Shown here: positions 37,946 through 48,610 of the stretch, piece after piece
How the letters are laid out: the number at the start of each line of letters is the position of its first letter
Numbering within the stretch: position 1 is the stretch's first letter
Source of the DNA: a virus
Lineage: Duplodnaviria > Caudoviricetes
Reading direction: 5' to 3' (one strand)
DNA: 64,000 nt
IMG/VR virus record: IMGVR_UViG_3300033073_001881
Span: 23,017 to 87,016 of that record
Program-made: the position numbers and the translations under genes
Notes under the pieces: model-generated
Told to the model about the DNA's origin: nothing
Databases searched by the model: none
What the model saw: the letters and a program-made list of their open reading frames with translations, nothing else

Positions 37946-40900
37946 TTCATTTCTACCTTAATTGAAAGCAAGGACGTGTCTAAACCATTTAAATCTACAG
38001 GAATACAATAAATTTTTTCAAATATTCCTGGATTGATACTCTCTTTATACATCCATTCCGACGTAAAAATACCAGAAGATATGAATTTTAATAAAAGCGA
38101 ATAATCAGATGGCGTAATCAGGTTAGACGATTCTCCATCAAGTTTAGAAAATGGAACCGGTGAATATGTTCCATCACTATTTGCAGTTAAAAAATTGTTG
38201 GCAGTTAATCCTCTTCGCGGTATTATATCACCATCTAGTCCAGCAATTATAGTTAGCAAATCATTAGCTTTTTTGCTTGTTATCTTTGGTAGTCCTTGAC
38301 CAATTAGATTAGACGTAAAATCAAAGCCACACAACGTTGTTATTGAATTTTTTATTATAGCATCTAACGTATGAGAATCAATAATGTCGGAATATTCATC
38401 AATTTCATTTGTCGTGCTATTTGAATTTAAGTTATTTAATGCTATAAAGTTTAAACATTCTTCATAAGTGTTAACTATCCACTTTCCTGACTGTAAATCA
38501 AAACATGATATTTCTATAGAGTTGGATTTAGAAATGTCAGTTATTCCGCTATCAGGTATATCTGAAATTATTTTCACGCTTATTAATGGATGAAATCTAC
38601 CCAACGATGAATTTAATTCAGTTAAATCTAAAGACTTAAAAGAATTTTCTATTAATCTTGCGTCTAAAACAAATTTTAGAATATTTTTAGGTTCATCATT
38701 TTCATTTATAAACACGAAATTATTGTCGACAATAGAGGTCGATCTTCTACAACCGTCTGTAAATCCAGATGGTAGCCCAACTATTATTAGACCATTTTTA
38801 GACAGATTTTTATAAAACCAGCGTGCAGCTGAAATATTGGTTTTGTTTAAAGAAATAGGCGACCAGATAGAAAAATTGTTATTAAACTTCGACCCTATGT
38901 TTGCTGAAATTTCCGGTGTTATATTCGAAAATATTTCTGGAATATAACCCAACTCATCAACTTTTGATTTTGTGGTTGTAATTGAATTTTTTAAATTTGC
39001 CAAACTTTGAAAAATTAAATCCATAGCTATTTTTAAAATAGAATAAGATGACCTTGCTTCTACATGAAATCCATAAGAAAATTTAATTGCTTCTGTTAAC
39101 GTTCTTTTATTAAAATTCATGTATTCGAATGATGATAATTCTTTTAAATCTCTAACCGTTATACACTTTTTCAAAAATCTAAGATGATTAAAGCTCTTAT
39201 CATCAAAATCCAAATATCTAGTGGTAACAGACTCAGTCAAATTTCCATTTACAGCCTTGTCAAATATTTCTTGAAGCTGCTCTGCCGTATATTTCGTTTC
39301 GTCTATGCTATCAAGACTGACGTCTCTTTCATAATTACTTACTTTTATTGAGTAACCAATTTTAATTCTATCAAAAAAGAGCGCAAGGCATTCCACGATA
39401 GCATCATAAACAACCCTCTTATGCAATTTCTTGTTGCCAATAACGAACTCGTTGTTGACTATAACATCGTCTGCAGATTTACCTGACATTGTTTCAAAAA
39501 TAGAAATTATGCTTTTATAGATAACATCGATCTCTGCTATAGCGGTCTTACCATACGTGGAATCTTTAAATTCTTTTAATCTATTTACAAAATAGTTATC
39601 AGAAACTAATTGTTTTTCTCCAAAAAATGATTCAAAAATAACCTGAGGAACTGCTCGATTTAAAATCGAAGAATTTGAATCGCAATAAGGTGTATTTTCA
39701 TAATCTTCATAAAACAATTTGTCAAGTGTTTGACCTGTACCAGCACCTAAATCAAGAAGTCTCATAACTTTTTCTCCATAGTCAAGACCTTCTTGAGTAA
39801 AATTCATCTTCCTATTTTCGTTTTCATAAATAGCATTGTAATTTATTCCTGATTGTTCAAACGTTGCATTTTGTGAGACGTTTACCCCACTTTTCACGGT
39901 GTATGTCTGTGAACCTGATATATCACTGGTTACTTCAGTTTTTGAATTAGAAACAGTTTCAAATTTTCCATCATCTGATTTTGAAAAATAGAAATCTTCA
40001 TCCAAAATTGATGTTAAAATAATGCCTCTTAGAAAATCAGAAAATCCTGATACAGTTTTTTGATCACTGCTCTTTTTGTAAAGAGAAAAAAGAATTAAAA
40101 TAGCGTCTATTATTTCATTTTTATTCAAATCTGGATTTAGATTCCCTGTCTCTGTAAATGATGTAGAAAATGAATCTATAATCGCTCTTAAAACTATAAT
40201 AAGAATGTTAAAACTGGTGCAATTATTTGAATCTAATAAACCACTATTTTTTCTACTATTAATGTTTGAAAATATTTCATTTAGAGCAATTTCAAACTCG
40301 TCAATTTTTTTAGTGTCAAGAGCAGCAACAGCAGGATTGATTATTCCTGTTTTATGAGATTTGGTAATAATAGATGAGTTATCAATAGAAGTTATGCCAT
40401 TAGTCCCAATTAGATCTTGCGATTCAAAAATATTGCAATCATTATATTGTGTTTTTATCTTAGACGCATTAGAATCAATGAAAGTGTCGGTAAAAATCTT
40501 TGACAAGAATTGACATAAAATCGCTATTTGCATCTCTTCAGAAATAGCTTCATTATTTCTTATGTCTCTAAATGCACCTGCAATTATTCCATTTTTTATT
40601 GCGTAATTTTCAAATTCTTTATAGTAAGTATTTTTTGAATTACGAAGAGCGTCCATTGCAGAGGTTGTAATGAATGTTGATGATGCTTTCGATATAAAAA
40701 ATGAATCGTCAAATGGCATTTCAAATAAGCTTTGAAACGTTTGATAAAAAGATTTAGATTTACTCTTTATTTGCAAAGAGTTTTCATATCTAACGAAGTC
40801 AAGATTTTTAGATAAATCTTCAGACGCAAAAGTAATATTTTGTATAGCTTCAATCAAATCTTTGCATTTTATTTCATCTAACGCAGCAAGTCCTTCTAAA

Positions 40901-41346
40901 TTTGAAACCACACCTGACACCGTGGCGTCGTTTTTAATGTATGATTTAATAAAATCATAATCCTCGACCAACAATTTTTCTTCTAAATCTAAAACAGCAA
41001 GATTTTCTTCTATTTCATTTTCTTCTAATGAACTTGGAAAATCTATTTTTGAAATTATTGAAATTCTTTCGGGACTTAATCCATAGTCTCTAAGAATAGA
41101 AAAACTTGATGATGAAATTCTAGAAATAGATCCATCCAAACTAAGATTTGGCATCATTCTAGACTCAAATTTCGTTATTCCAATAGAGTCTTTTGAAAAA
41201 TAGGAATCACCTTGTGAAATAACATCAGGAACTTCTTCAACTGGTTTATTTATTACAGGCAAAGAGCCTATTAAAGGCTGGGACGCTGTGACGGGTAAAG
41301 GTTGAATAGAAAAATTTGTTTTTGCTATGGCTCTTTTAATAGGCAT
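37942..41346 (-). CDS. Large hypothetical protein, 1134 aa, low GC
   Basis: Long uninterrupted ORF with AAGGA SD; no motif recognised. Confidence 0.7.
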   Translation of the reverse strand: MPIKRAIAKTNFSIQPLPVTASQPLIGSLPVINKPVEEVPDVISQGDSYFSKDSIGITKFESRMMPNLSLDGSISRISSSSFSILRDYGLSPERISIISKIDFPSSLEENEIEENLAVLDLEEKLLVEDYDFIKSYIKNDATVSGVVSNLEGLAALDEIKCKDLIEAIQNITFASEDLSKNLDFVRYENSLQIKSKSKSFYQTFQSLFEMPFDDSFFISKASSTFITTSAMDALRNSKNTYYKEFENYAIKNGIIAGAFRDIRNNEAISEEMQIAILCQFLSKIFTDTFIDSNASKIKTQYNDCNIFESQDLIGTNGITSIDNSSIITKSHKTGIINPAVAALDTKKIDEFEIALNEIFSNINSRKNSGLLDSNNCTSFNILIIVLRAIIDSFSTSFTETGNLNPDLNKNEIIDAILILFSLYKKSSDQKTVSGFSDFLRGIILTSILDEDFYFSKSDDGKFETVSNSKTEVTSDISGSQTYTVKSGVNVSQNATFEQSGINYNAIYENENRKMNFTQEGLDYGEKVMRLLDLGAGTGQTLDKLFYEDYENTPYCDSNSSILNRAVPQVIFESFFGEKQLVSDNYFVNRLKEFKDSTYGKTAIAEIDVIYKSIISIFETMSGKSADDVIVNNEFVIGNKKLHKRVVYDAIVECLALFFDRIKIGYSIKVSNYERDVSLDSIDETKYTAEQLQEIFDKAVNGNLTESVTTRYLDFDDKSFNHLRFLKKCITVRDLKELSSFEYMNFNKRTLTEAIKFSYGFHVEARSSYSILKIAMDLIFQSLANLKNSITTTKSKVDELGYIPEIFSNITPEISANIGSKFNNNFSIWSPISLNKTNISAARWFYKNLSKNGLIIVGLPSGFTDGCRRSTSIVDNNFVFINENDEPKNILKFVLDARLIENSFKSLDLTELNSSLGRFHPLISVKIISDIPDSGITDISKSNSIEISCFDLQSGKWIVNTYEECLNFIALNNLNSNSTTNEIDEYSDIIDSHTLDAIIKNSITTLCGFDFTSNLIGQGLPKITSKKANDLLTIIAGLDGDIIPRRGLTANNFLTANSDGTYSPVPFSKLDGESSNLITPSDYSLLLKFISSGIFTSEWMYKESINPGIFEKIYCIPVDLNGLDTSLLSIKVEMK

Positions 41347-41354
41347 TGTGTTCC

Positions 41355-43472
41355 TTAGAATTTTTTCGACGTTACTTTTGTGACATATTGGCTACTTTGC
41401 ACCAAATTTGTTATGGCTGAATTAGATGTAATTCGACTCACATCATTTGTTAATTTGTCGTAATCAGTTTCATTAATCACGTAATTTTGTTCAGCTTTTT
41501 TAACTATGATTCTTCTAGAAATAATGTCTTTGGCATAATCATTTCTAACGTTTATTCTGCCACGAGTAACGTTTATTTTTTCAACTTTAAAATGAAGTTT
41601 ATTCCTTATTCCTTCTTGCGTTTCTAGTTGCAAATCTATATCTTGGAACGAATCTCCATAAAATTCAAAATTAACCTCACTTTGTTGATTAAAACTATTT
41701 AAAAATACAGATGGCAATGAGCTTCTTTTTTCGAATGTCAGGCTTTTTTCATCTCCTACATTAAAATTCGTAAAAACAGGTCTGACTGTATATGTCACTT
41801 TCCCCAAAGATTTTGGAATATCAGTGTTTTTATCTTCGAATCTATTCACGTTAGGTGTACAGCCTAATAATCTCTCGATGCCAAGAAGTTCAGATCTAGC
41901 ATAAATTCTAAAATGATCTATCTTATTAGAATCCCCGTCTACCTGCCATTTAATGATATTCGTTTTCCATGGAGTTTTTATAATATTTATCGCCGATATT
42001 CTTGCAATATTTTCGCTAGACTGGGGATTTGAATAAACCGTCTTTATAGAATGTGGATAAGATGAGTATGAAAAAATATCTTTCGAAGAAGAAAAAACGC
42101 TTTCTTTTGGAATATGAATTTGATGAATTACATAAGCGGTGCCAAAATTAGAATCGTACTTTAAATTTTCAAATTTAATATCTGCATTTAGCAATTTGCA
42201 TTCAGAAAAATACTGCGATCCATCATACATAGAAATAGATTCTACACATAAAACAGAAAGATTCGAACCAGATTTCTTAGCTGTTATAGTTGAATTATCA
42301 TCGAAAGATTGTAGAAATATCTGTGAATCGAATTTCTTATTTATTCTATTGAAAATTAGATTATTGCTAGTTTGTTTTCCATCATATTCTATTTTTATTT
42401 CATAATTTGATGAAGATTCCAAAAAATTTGGAATTACGATTGATTTAACACCATTAGAATTTTGATAATTAGAATACTTCGTAATTCCTGTTAAAAGATT
42501 TACTGCTACAGCTCTTAGCAATGAAACATTTAATGGCACTCTTTTTACATAAAAGTTGTTTTCATCGTAGTAAAAAGGAATATTCGTATTTTCGATACTT
42601 GTAGAAATATCTCCTTGAACGAAATTATAAGCCTGAAGTTTTGAATTTGCGTCCTTGACAAGAGATCTTTTAATAAAGAAAGTTGGATCATCAACCTGAA
42701 CAACTTTATTTTCCCACAAACTATCTTCAAATTCTAAATAATCACTAAAAGTCCTGGCGTAGTTCTTTGTAAGAGTCGTTAATCCTCTAGAATCATTTGC
42801 TGATAATCCGAGTTTGTATATTTCATAAAACGAAGACGCATCAAATTTCATTTCAACAAAATCAATTAATTTTAAATCAGGACTAATATAAGAAACTTCT
42901 AAGGCATTTATGTCGAGGAAATTATTTAAAAACATATCAAAACTAAAATCTATGAAATTAAATGACGATAGAATGGTTTGAGTTATAGTTTCTTGCGTCG
43001 AATTTCCTGTCAAATATTCGGCAGGGGCTAAAAGTTTCCCAAAACCAGGATCTTCTTTGTCATAAAAGACCTGATTATAAAAATCTGTTGTTTCATGCTT
43101 CTTTATCGAAAGAATTTCTGGTGGATTTTCTTTGTCTTTAATTTCTTCATATGTAAAAGCATTTTTTTCAATGCTCCCTTCAGACTGTATTTTTCTAAAT
43201 GAAATAGAGCTACTCGAATTTTTCTCAATAGCTATATTGTCAAATAAAATACTTTTTTCTAAAGAAAAATTTCCCAATGAAGGACTATTGTTTGGTCCAC
43301 TTTTTAATTGAAGATAAACCTTGCCAAGTTTCGCATCATTTATTTTAATAGAGTCGTAAAAAACTCTAAATTTTATTTTTACTATTTTCGTAAGATTATC
43401 AAGGCTAAAATCAACAACGGGCATTTCTTCCAAACGAAGAATATCACTAGTTTTTGAATATATCGCTCTCAT
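41355..43472 (-). CDS. Hypothetical beta-rich protein with probable FN3-like domain, 705 aa
   Basis: IIKWQVDG...HFRIY...VTYTVRPV pattern; ATGA overlap with the upstream gene. Confidence 0.6.
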   Translation of the reverse strand: MRAIYSKTSDILRLEEMPVVDFSLDNLTKIVKIKFRVFYDSIKINDAKLGKVYLQLKSGPNNSPSLGNFSLEKSILFDNIAIEKNSSSSISFRKIQSEGSIEKNAFTYEEIKDKENPPEILSIKKHETTDFYNQVFYDKEDPGFGKLLAPAEYLTGNSTQETITQTILSSFNFIDFSFDMFLNNFLDINALEVSYISPDLKLIDFVEMKFDASSFYEIYKLGLSANDSRGLTTLTKNYARTFSDYLEFEDSLWENKVVQVDDPTFFIKRSLVKDANSKLQAYNFVQGDISTSIENTNIPFYYDENNFYVKRVPLNVSLLRAVAVNLLTGITKYSNYQNSNGVKSIVIPNFLESSSNYEIKIEYDGKQTSNNLIFNRINKKFDSQIFLQSFDDNSTITAKKSGSNLSVLCVESISMYDGSQYFSECKLLNADIKFENLKYDSNFGTAYVIHQIHIPKESVFSSSKDIFSYSSYPHSIKTVYSNPQSSENIARISAINIIKTPWKTNIIKWQVDGDSNKIDHFRIYARSELLGIERLLGCTPNVNRFEDKNTDIPKSLGKVTYTVRPVFTNFNVGDEKSLTFEKRSSLPSVFLNSFNQQSEVNFEFYGDSFQDIDLQLETQEGIRNKLHFKVEKINVTRGRINVRNDYAKDIISRRIIVKKAEQNYVINETDYDKLTNDVSRITSNSAITNLVQSSQYVTKVTSKKF

Positions 43473-44365
43473 TCTATCACCATGTCAAACATATTAACAA
43501 AAACGGGATTTCCATTTCCATCATCGTACGTTTTTCCAACGAAGTATAAAGTCCTTGTTCTACCTGTTGCACTTGTCTTTGTCAATTGATCGTATTTTAT
43601 AACATCTAATTTCTCTATTCTGTTAGATGAACTTTCAAAAAATTGAATTCCAAGTTCATTGTACTCCGTATTCTTAGAAAAGGTAATTTCTTTTGTTTCT
43701 AAAGAATCGATAATAGACAATATCTGTTGCTCGGTAAGCATGTCTTCACGAACATTTGCGTAATTACCAAGAGAGACTTCATTTCCAATCGAGGTTATTG
43801 TTCTTTGAACAGGCGGCAAATATTGAAATTGAAGCAATTTCCCAAATCTTCTATCAGCAAAAAGATTTTCTATATCTTCTATACTTGATTCTGCAGGTTC
43901 TCCATTAAAAGGTGCAGTATCTGTAATAGAAAAAGAAATAGAGGTTGGCTCAGAATATAGACCAAGATCTTCAAAAAGAACATTTGTCGATCGTATTAGT
44001 CTTTGATTGTCAAATGATTCTTTGCTTCCTGATTGAATTAATTTTGCAATAGGATCCACTATCAATGGATCTTTTATTTCAAATGTTCCATCTTTTCTAA
44101 GAGCGTAACCATTAAATTCGTTATATTCAAGGTCGCCGAATTTATTAGTTGAAATTGTTATTTCGTCATTGAAAGTATTAAAAGCTTCAAGACCAACATT
44201 AATAGGATCTATTGCGACCCCATTGTCGTCACCATTATATGTGGCACCTGCATCTGAAAATGAAACATATTTTACATTTATGCCTCCATCAAACAATTTA
44301 GAGCGACCCCTAAATGTGAGAAGGGTATCCATAACGCGCGATTTATTATCGAGTAATCCAGCCAT
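43469..44365 (-). CDS. Baseplate/tail-associated protein, 298 aa, N-terminal paralog of 35596..36279
   Basis: MAGLLDNKSRVMDTLLTFRGR versus MGFLDNSSSNIVVDAVLTDLGR; CTACTTA 5 nt before ATG. Confidence 0.6.
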   Translation of the reverse strand: MAGLLDNKSRVMDTLLTFRGRSKLFDGGINVKYVSFSDAGATYNGDDNGVAIDPINVGLEAFNTFNDEITISTNKFGDLEYNEFNGYALRKDGTFEIKDPLIVDPIAKLIQSGSKESFDNQRLIRSTNVLFEDLGLYSEPTSISFSITDTAPFNGEPAESSIEDIENLFADRRFGKLLQFQYLPPVQRTITSIGNEVSLGNYANVREDMLTEQQILSIIDSLETKEITFSKNTEYNELGIQFFESSSNRIEKLDVIKYDQLTKTSATGRTRTLYFVGKTYDDGNGNPVFVNMFDMVIE

Positions 44366-44418
44366 GAATATAAGTAGGTCCTACTCGAATTTTATTTCTT
44401 AATTTTTAAATGTGAAAT

Positions 44419-44874
44419 TTAAAATGTAAGTTCCGTAAAGAGAGAACCTGTGACAATATCAACGTTGTCTTGATCGTGAAATCTAGTAAAAATTCTTGAA
44501 TGTTTATCTATTTCAACTGTATAAGATCCTGTCATTTTTACTGTGATTGGTGCGACAGGAGGCTTCTTGATTTTTTTAGATTTTTTTCTGGGGGATAAAT
44601 CGTTACCTTGAATGACAGACGGCGCGAGCAATCTTTCAGGTGGTGATTTGAACATGTCGACTAAATGTCCAAAATGAATTGGGGAAAATACATAAGTTTC
44701 GTATTTTCTTATTTGACCTTGAGAAGCTGTACTATTTGGTGTAGGAAACCAGGTCTCCTCACTTCCTGTAAAAATAGTCGAAGCTGTCGCATAATTTGGT
44801 CCATAAACGAATTCATCAAATGAAGGTCTTTCATCAACTAGCGTTAAGAAAAAGTTGTTGTGATTAGATGACAT
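44419..44874 (-). CDS. Hypothetical protein, 151 aa
   Basis: TAATG overlap with the upstream gene. Confidence 0.65.
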   Translation of the reverse strand: MSSNHNNFFLTLVDERPSFDEFVYGPNYATASTIFTGSEETWFPTPNSTASQGQIRKYETYVFSPIHFGHLVDMFKSPPERLLAPSVIQGNDLSPRKKSKKIKKPPVAPITVKMTGSYTVEIDKHSRIFTRFHDQDNVDIVTGSLFTELTF

Positions 44875-47800
44875 TAAATTCTCCTTGCACCAGCGTCTTC
44901 TATAAATTCTCTATCACCGTCTATAAGTCCTTGAGGACCTGGCGTTCCTGTAAAGACCCTTGTCAACATAGAACCGCTAAGAAGTTCGGCATTAAAATTA
45001 ATGAATCTATCTACAACAGGTTCCATTCCATATGCTGATCTTGCGTTTCCTTCTGTTGATGTTCTATTAAATGGAAGAACAGCTCTATCATTTGAGACAA
45101 AATCACCAATAAGAACAATTTCAGCTTTACCCATTAGAATTCTTAAATGAGAATCAGAAAGGGTGAGATTATAATCTTCTTTTAGAACAGTGTTTTTATA
45201 GGCTCTTAGTCCACCACCAGCTTCAGAACCAGCGAGACTTCCATCAGGTGCCTCTCCCGTTAAAGGGCCTTGACCATCACCTGGTAAATCGTCCACGTCT
45301 AAATCAGGAGGACCAAAAGTTCCTGCGTCAAGACCTAAAATTAATTCATCATGAGGATCAAGAATTACTGGATTATATGTTTGTGTATCGGAAAAATCTG
45401 TAGATTGAAAAGCTGAAATAAATCTCCAACCGTAATAACCTACATAATTTTTATCTTCGTCTGCATGCTCACTAACATGGCAAACACCATCTGCAGTCGC
45501 AGCTCCAGGAGCTCCCCTCGCAGGAGATTCTGTCAAAGCTCTTCTTCCATACCATCGAATATTGTTAATTTTTCCTGCTGGATATGAGCTATTTACTGAA
45601 GAAGGATCAATTGGCTGTTGATATGTAAAATCTGATTCGATTAAAGATTTGTTGCCTACTATCATGTCATCCTTAGATGTAGGAAACATTGCAATGCCCA
45701 TTGATTGAACTTGACCAATTGGAGGAGCATATGACAAAGATTGCAAAGAACCAGACAAGGATGAAGAAATAATAGTTAGTTGAACAAAGCTTTGAGCGAG
45801 TGGCGCTGTTACATCAACAGTTCCATTGGCATAAGATGAATATGCATCACCAGGAGCTCGAATTGTGTCATATGGGTCATTGGTGTGCGAAGACGCGAAT
45901 TGAGGCGGTCTTGTTCCTCCTGTCCATCTATTTGAAACAAGCGTTAACGCAGGTGCTGGAATAGAATTGTCGGTCACATCTTCTCTTGAACCAAAATTCG
46001 TATATGTGGTTCTTCTATCGTCGTTCTCTCTTAGATCAAAATTTATAACATTCGATGATGTTATTGGAATAAGACTTGGTGCAACCTGAGTTGAAGGTAC
46101 AGAATGAGGTTGTATAATCAAATTTAAATATTCTGATTTTGTAACATAAGAAGTAATGTTATCGGACGAATTATTTGTTACAAATCTTCCTACTTCCCAA
46201 TTGTGTGAGTACTGCGGATTATGTAAAATGCAATTATTTCCGCTAATTTGTGTTATTGTTTTTCCATAAAAATCTGTTGTATCTCCTGGGTAGGCAAGAG
46301 AATTTAATAAACTTGACGAATTATAGCCTGCAGAAGAATTTAGACTCTGCCATTTTGAAGAGGCGCCTTCAATAAAATCATCTTTCCATGCTCCACCAAA
46401 TGATGATGAATTATAAAAACAAACCGAGGCACTACCTATTAAGTATCTTTTTGATGTCGACCAGTCTTCTCTTTGATCGCGATTTCTTGAAACTCGTCTT
46501 TGTCTATATAAAAAGAAAACGAAATTATCGATATCTTTCTTATTGGTTATTTGTCTTTCCCATAATTCTCCGCTACTAGAACCTCCAGATCCATCGCCCA
46601 CCGCACCATAAAGAACTGATCCATCTGTTGTATTATAAGGATCTGCTAAAACATCTCTAAATCTTGGGTTAGCTCCAAATCTACGAGTTGCTTCAACAGG
46701 AATTTTAATTTCAATTCTTTTTAGAATAAAAGGTGCATTAATGTAATTAGAAAGCTTAATAGTTTCGTGATCAAAGCCATGATATTTTGGGGCATTTGGA
46801 GCACCAAAAACGCTAGTAGGCCATCCAATTCTTTCATATCCTGCCTGTTTAAGATGTTCAACATGATTCAAAAAATAACCAAATTGAGGTGACCAGGCAA
46901 ATTGAGACATTATTTTATTTGCCTGGAAATAGGGCTCTCTTATTAGATTAAAAAGCGCAGTAGGTGATAATCTTGCCGAAGAAGTCACAACATTGTGACT
47001 ATTTCCAGGGTCTTCTCCGTCCTCATAGTCTGAGGAAAATGATGTCGCAGCGTTATGAGTTTTTTCAACCCATCTTTTCAATACAGGACTGTAATACATA
47101 AATCCTGTTCCGCTTAATCCACTTGAAGATGGAACTAATTGTTGCAAAACATTATTAGAAGATTTATGATATCTAACCGCTACTGCGTTTTCGTCTGTAT
47201 TGCTAATGTCTATTCTAATTATAGAGCTACCGCTTGGAATGATATACTCAGGATCATATACCAAACTTGTTAAGTTTTCTTCATCAGAAAATAATTGATT
47301 TTTACCAATTTGCAATTTATTGGTTTCATCCAAAAATGTCATTTCAGAAAAAATATCATCATTTATTTGAACATTTTCTTGAAATGAAAATGAATTATCA
47401 TCACTTTCAGAAAATGGTGAATTATCATTTTCAAAAGAATTTCCACTCCCAATAGAAATTGAAGGGCTATTATAAGTTCTCAAACCAGTATCAATAAATT
47501 TCTTTGGAGCCGAAGAGAAAGAGGTAATAGGCGTCGAATAAATTCCAGATATAGAACCTTCATAAATCGCCTTTATTTCTTCTGCGGATAAAACCCTATT
47601 CCAAATTGCAAGCTGTGCAATTCCATCGCTTCCACCACCCCATAGAGTTGTTGTAGGTGAAGACTGCTTAAGCGTTTTATTTTTAATCGGATTGTCGCTT
47701 GTGTACCTACTTCCATTTGGTGAGGTGGAAGATTTTAAACCATCTTCATAGAAAAATGAAGAATGTCCTCTTGGAAAAGGCCCGTAAGCAGGAGTTTCAT

Positions 47801-48605
47801 AAACAAGTTCTCCATCAAGCCAAACCTGGCATAGTCCTTCTTTTCCTGTTTTTGAAGTATTTAAAGTTGGAGAAACTGTTTTTGCTAAAACCGAATTATA
47901 TGTTCCATCATCAGGATCTCTTGCTGCAATCTGTTGATAAACAAGATGATGCCATTTATTTTCATCAAGATCAATATTGTTTCTTATATTTTCAGGACTT
48001 GTTGGAATATCGATTAATTCATGAAATCTTCCATAAAATCCTCTATTATAAGCGCCATTTTGAAAGATAGTTTTCCCTGCGGTTTTTAATGTGCTTGCAA
48101 CTATTGTGCTTGTTTCACTTGGAGTTCCGCTTGAAGAAACTGCGAATATTACGTTGGTGTACAATTCTGGAGAATCATCCTTCATCTTCGCAATATGAGC
48201 CTGAATGCCATTTGTTCCGGAAACTTGTAAAATATAAGGAGTTGTTTCTCCTATTCCTGTAGCTGCAGATGAACCGCTAAACCACAATGAAATTGTTAAT
48301 TCGCTTGTGGTAAATCCAACATATTGCCCTAATAGCGTCGGTAATTCTACCTTGTTTCCTGAATTGCTCGTGAATTTTAGTCCCTGCATTGTTGATGAAA
48401 AATCTATCGATGGTGTAAAATTGGTCGATGATACAGAACCTAAAACAACGCTAAAATTATCTTCATCTAAAGATTTAGATGGAAAGGTCATGGATTGCTG
48501 AAATATCAGATTTCGACTGAGGTCATAAATTTTACCTTTTTGAGACAAAGAAAATTGTTCTCTAAAGTCGAATAAACCTTTTTTATTTCCGCCTAATTTT
48601 GCCAT
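44874..48605 (-). CDS. Large LamG-domain tail/baseplate appendage protein, 1243 aa
   Basis: LTISLWF, WHHLVY, VWLDGELV, AQLAIWNRVLSAEEIKAIY. Confidence 0.65.
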   Translation of the reverse strand: MAKLGGNKKGLFDFREQFSLSQKGKIYDLSRNLIFQQSMTFPSKSLDEDNFSVVLGSVSSTNFTPSIDFSSTMQGLKFTSNSGNKVELPTLLGQYVGFTTSELTISLWFSGSSAATGIGETTPYILQVSGTNGIQAHIAKMKDDSPELYTNVIFAVSSSGTPSETSTIVASTLKTAGKTIFQNGAYNRGFYGRFHELIDIPTSPENIRNNIDLDENKWHHLVYQQIAARDPDDGTYNSVLAKTVSPTLNTSKTGKEGLCQVWLDGELVYETPAYGPFPRGHSSFFYEDGLKSSTSPNGSRYTSDNPIKNKTLKQSSPTTTLWGGGSDGIAQLAIWNRVLSAEEIKAIYEGSISGIYSTPITSFSSAPKKFIDTGLRTYNSPSISIGSGNSFENDNSPFSESDDNSFSFQENVQINDDIFSEMTFLDETNKLQIGKNQLFSDEENLTSLVYDPEYIIPSGSSIIRIDISNTDENAVAVRYHKSSNNVLQQLVPSSSGLSGTGFMYYSPVLKRWVEKTHNAATSFSSDYEDGEDPGNSHNVVTSSARLSPTALFNLIREPYFQANKIMSQFAWSPQFGYFLNHVEHLKQAGYERIGWPTSVFGAPNAPKYHGFDHETIKLSNYINAPFILKRIEIKIPVEATRRFGANPRFRDVLADPYNTTDGSVLYGAVGDGSGGSSSGELWERQITNKKDIDNFVFFLYRQRRVSRNRDQREDWSTSKRYLIGSASVCFYNSSSFGGAWKDDFIEGASSKWQSLNSSAGYNSSSLLNSLAYPGDTTDFYGKTITQISGNNCILHNPQYSHNWEVGRFVTNNSSDNITSYVTKSEYLNLIIQPHSVPSTQVAPSLIPITSSNVINFDLRENDDRRTTYTNFGSREDVTDNSIPAPALTLVSNRWTGGTRPPQFASSHTNDPYDTIRAPGDAYSSYANGTVDVTAPLAQSFVQLTIISSSLSGSLQSLSYAPPIGQVQSMGIAMFPTSKDDMIVGNKSLIESDFTYQQPIDPSSVNSSYPAGKINNIRWYGRRALTESPARGAPGAATADGVCHVSEHADEDKNYVGYYGWRFISAFQSTDFSDTQTYNPVILDPHDELILGLDAGTFGPPDLDVDDLPGDGQGPLTGEAPDGSLAGSEAGGGLRAYKNTVLKEDYNLTLSDSHLRILMGKAEIVLIGDFVSNDRAVLPFNRTSTEGNARSAYGMEPVVDRFINFNAELLSGSMLTRVFTGTPGPQGLIDGDREFIEDAGARRI

Positions 48606-48610
48606 TCTAT

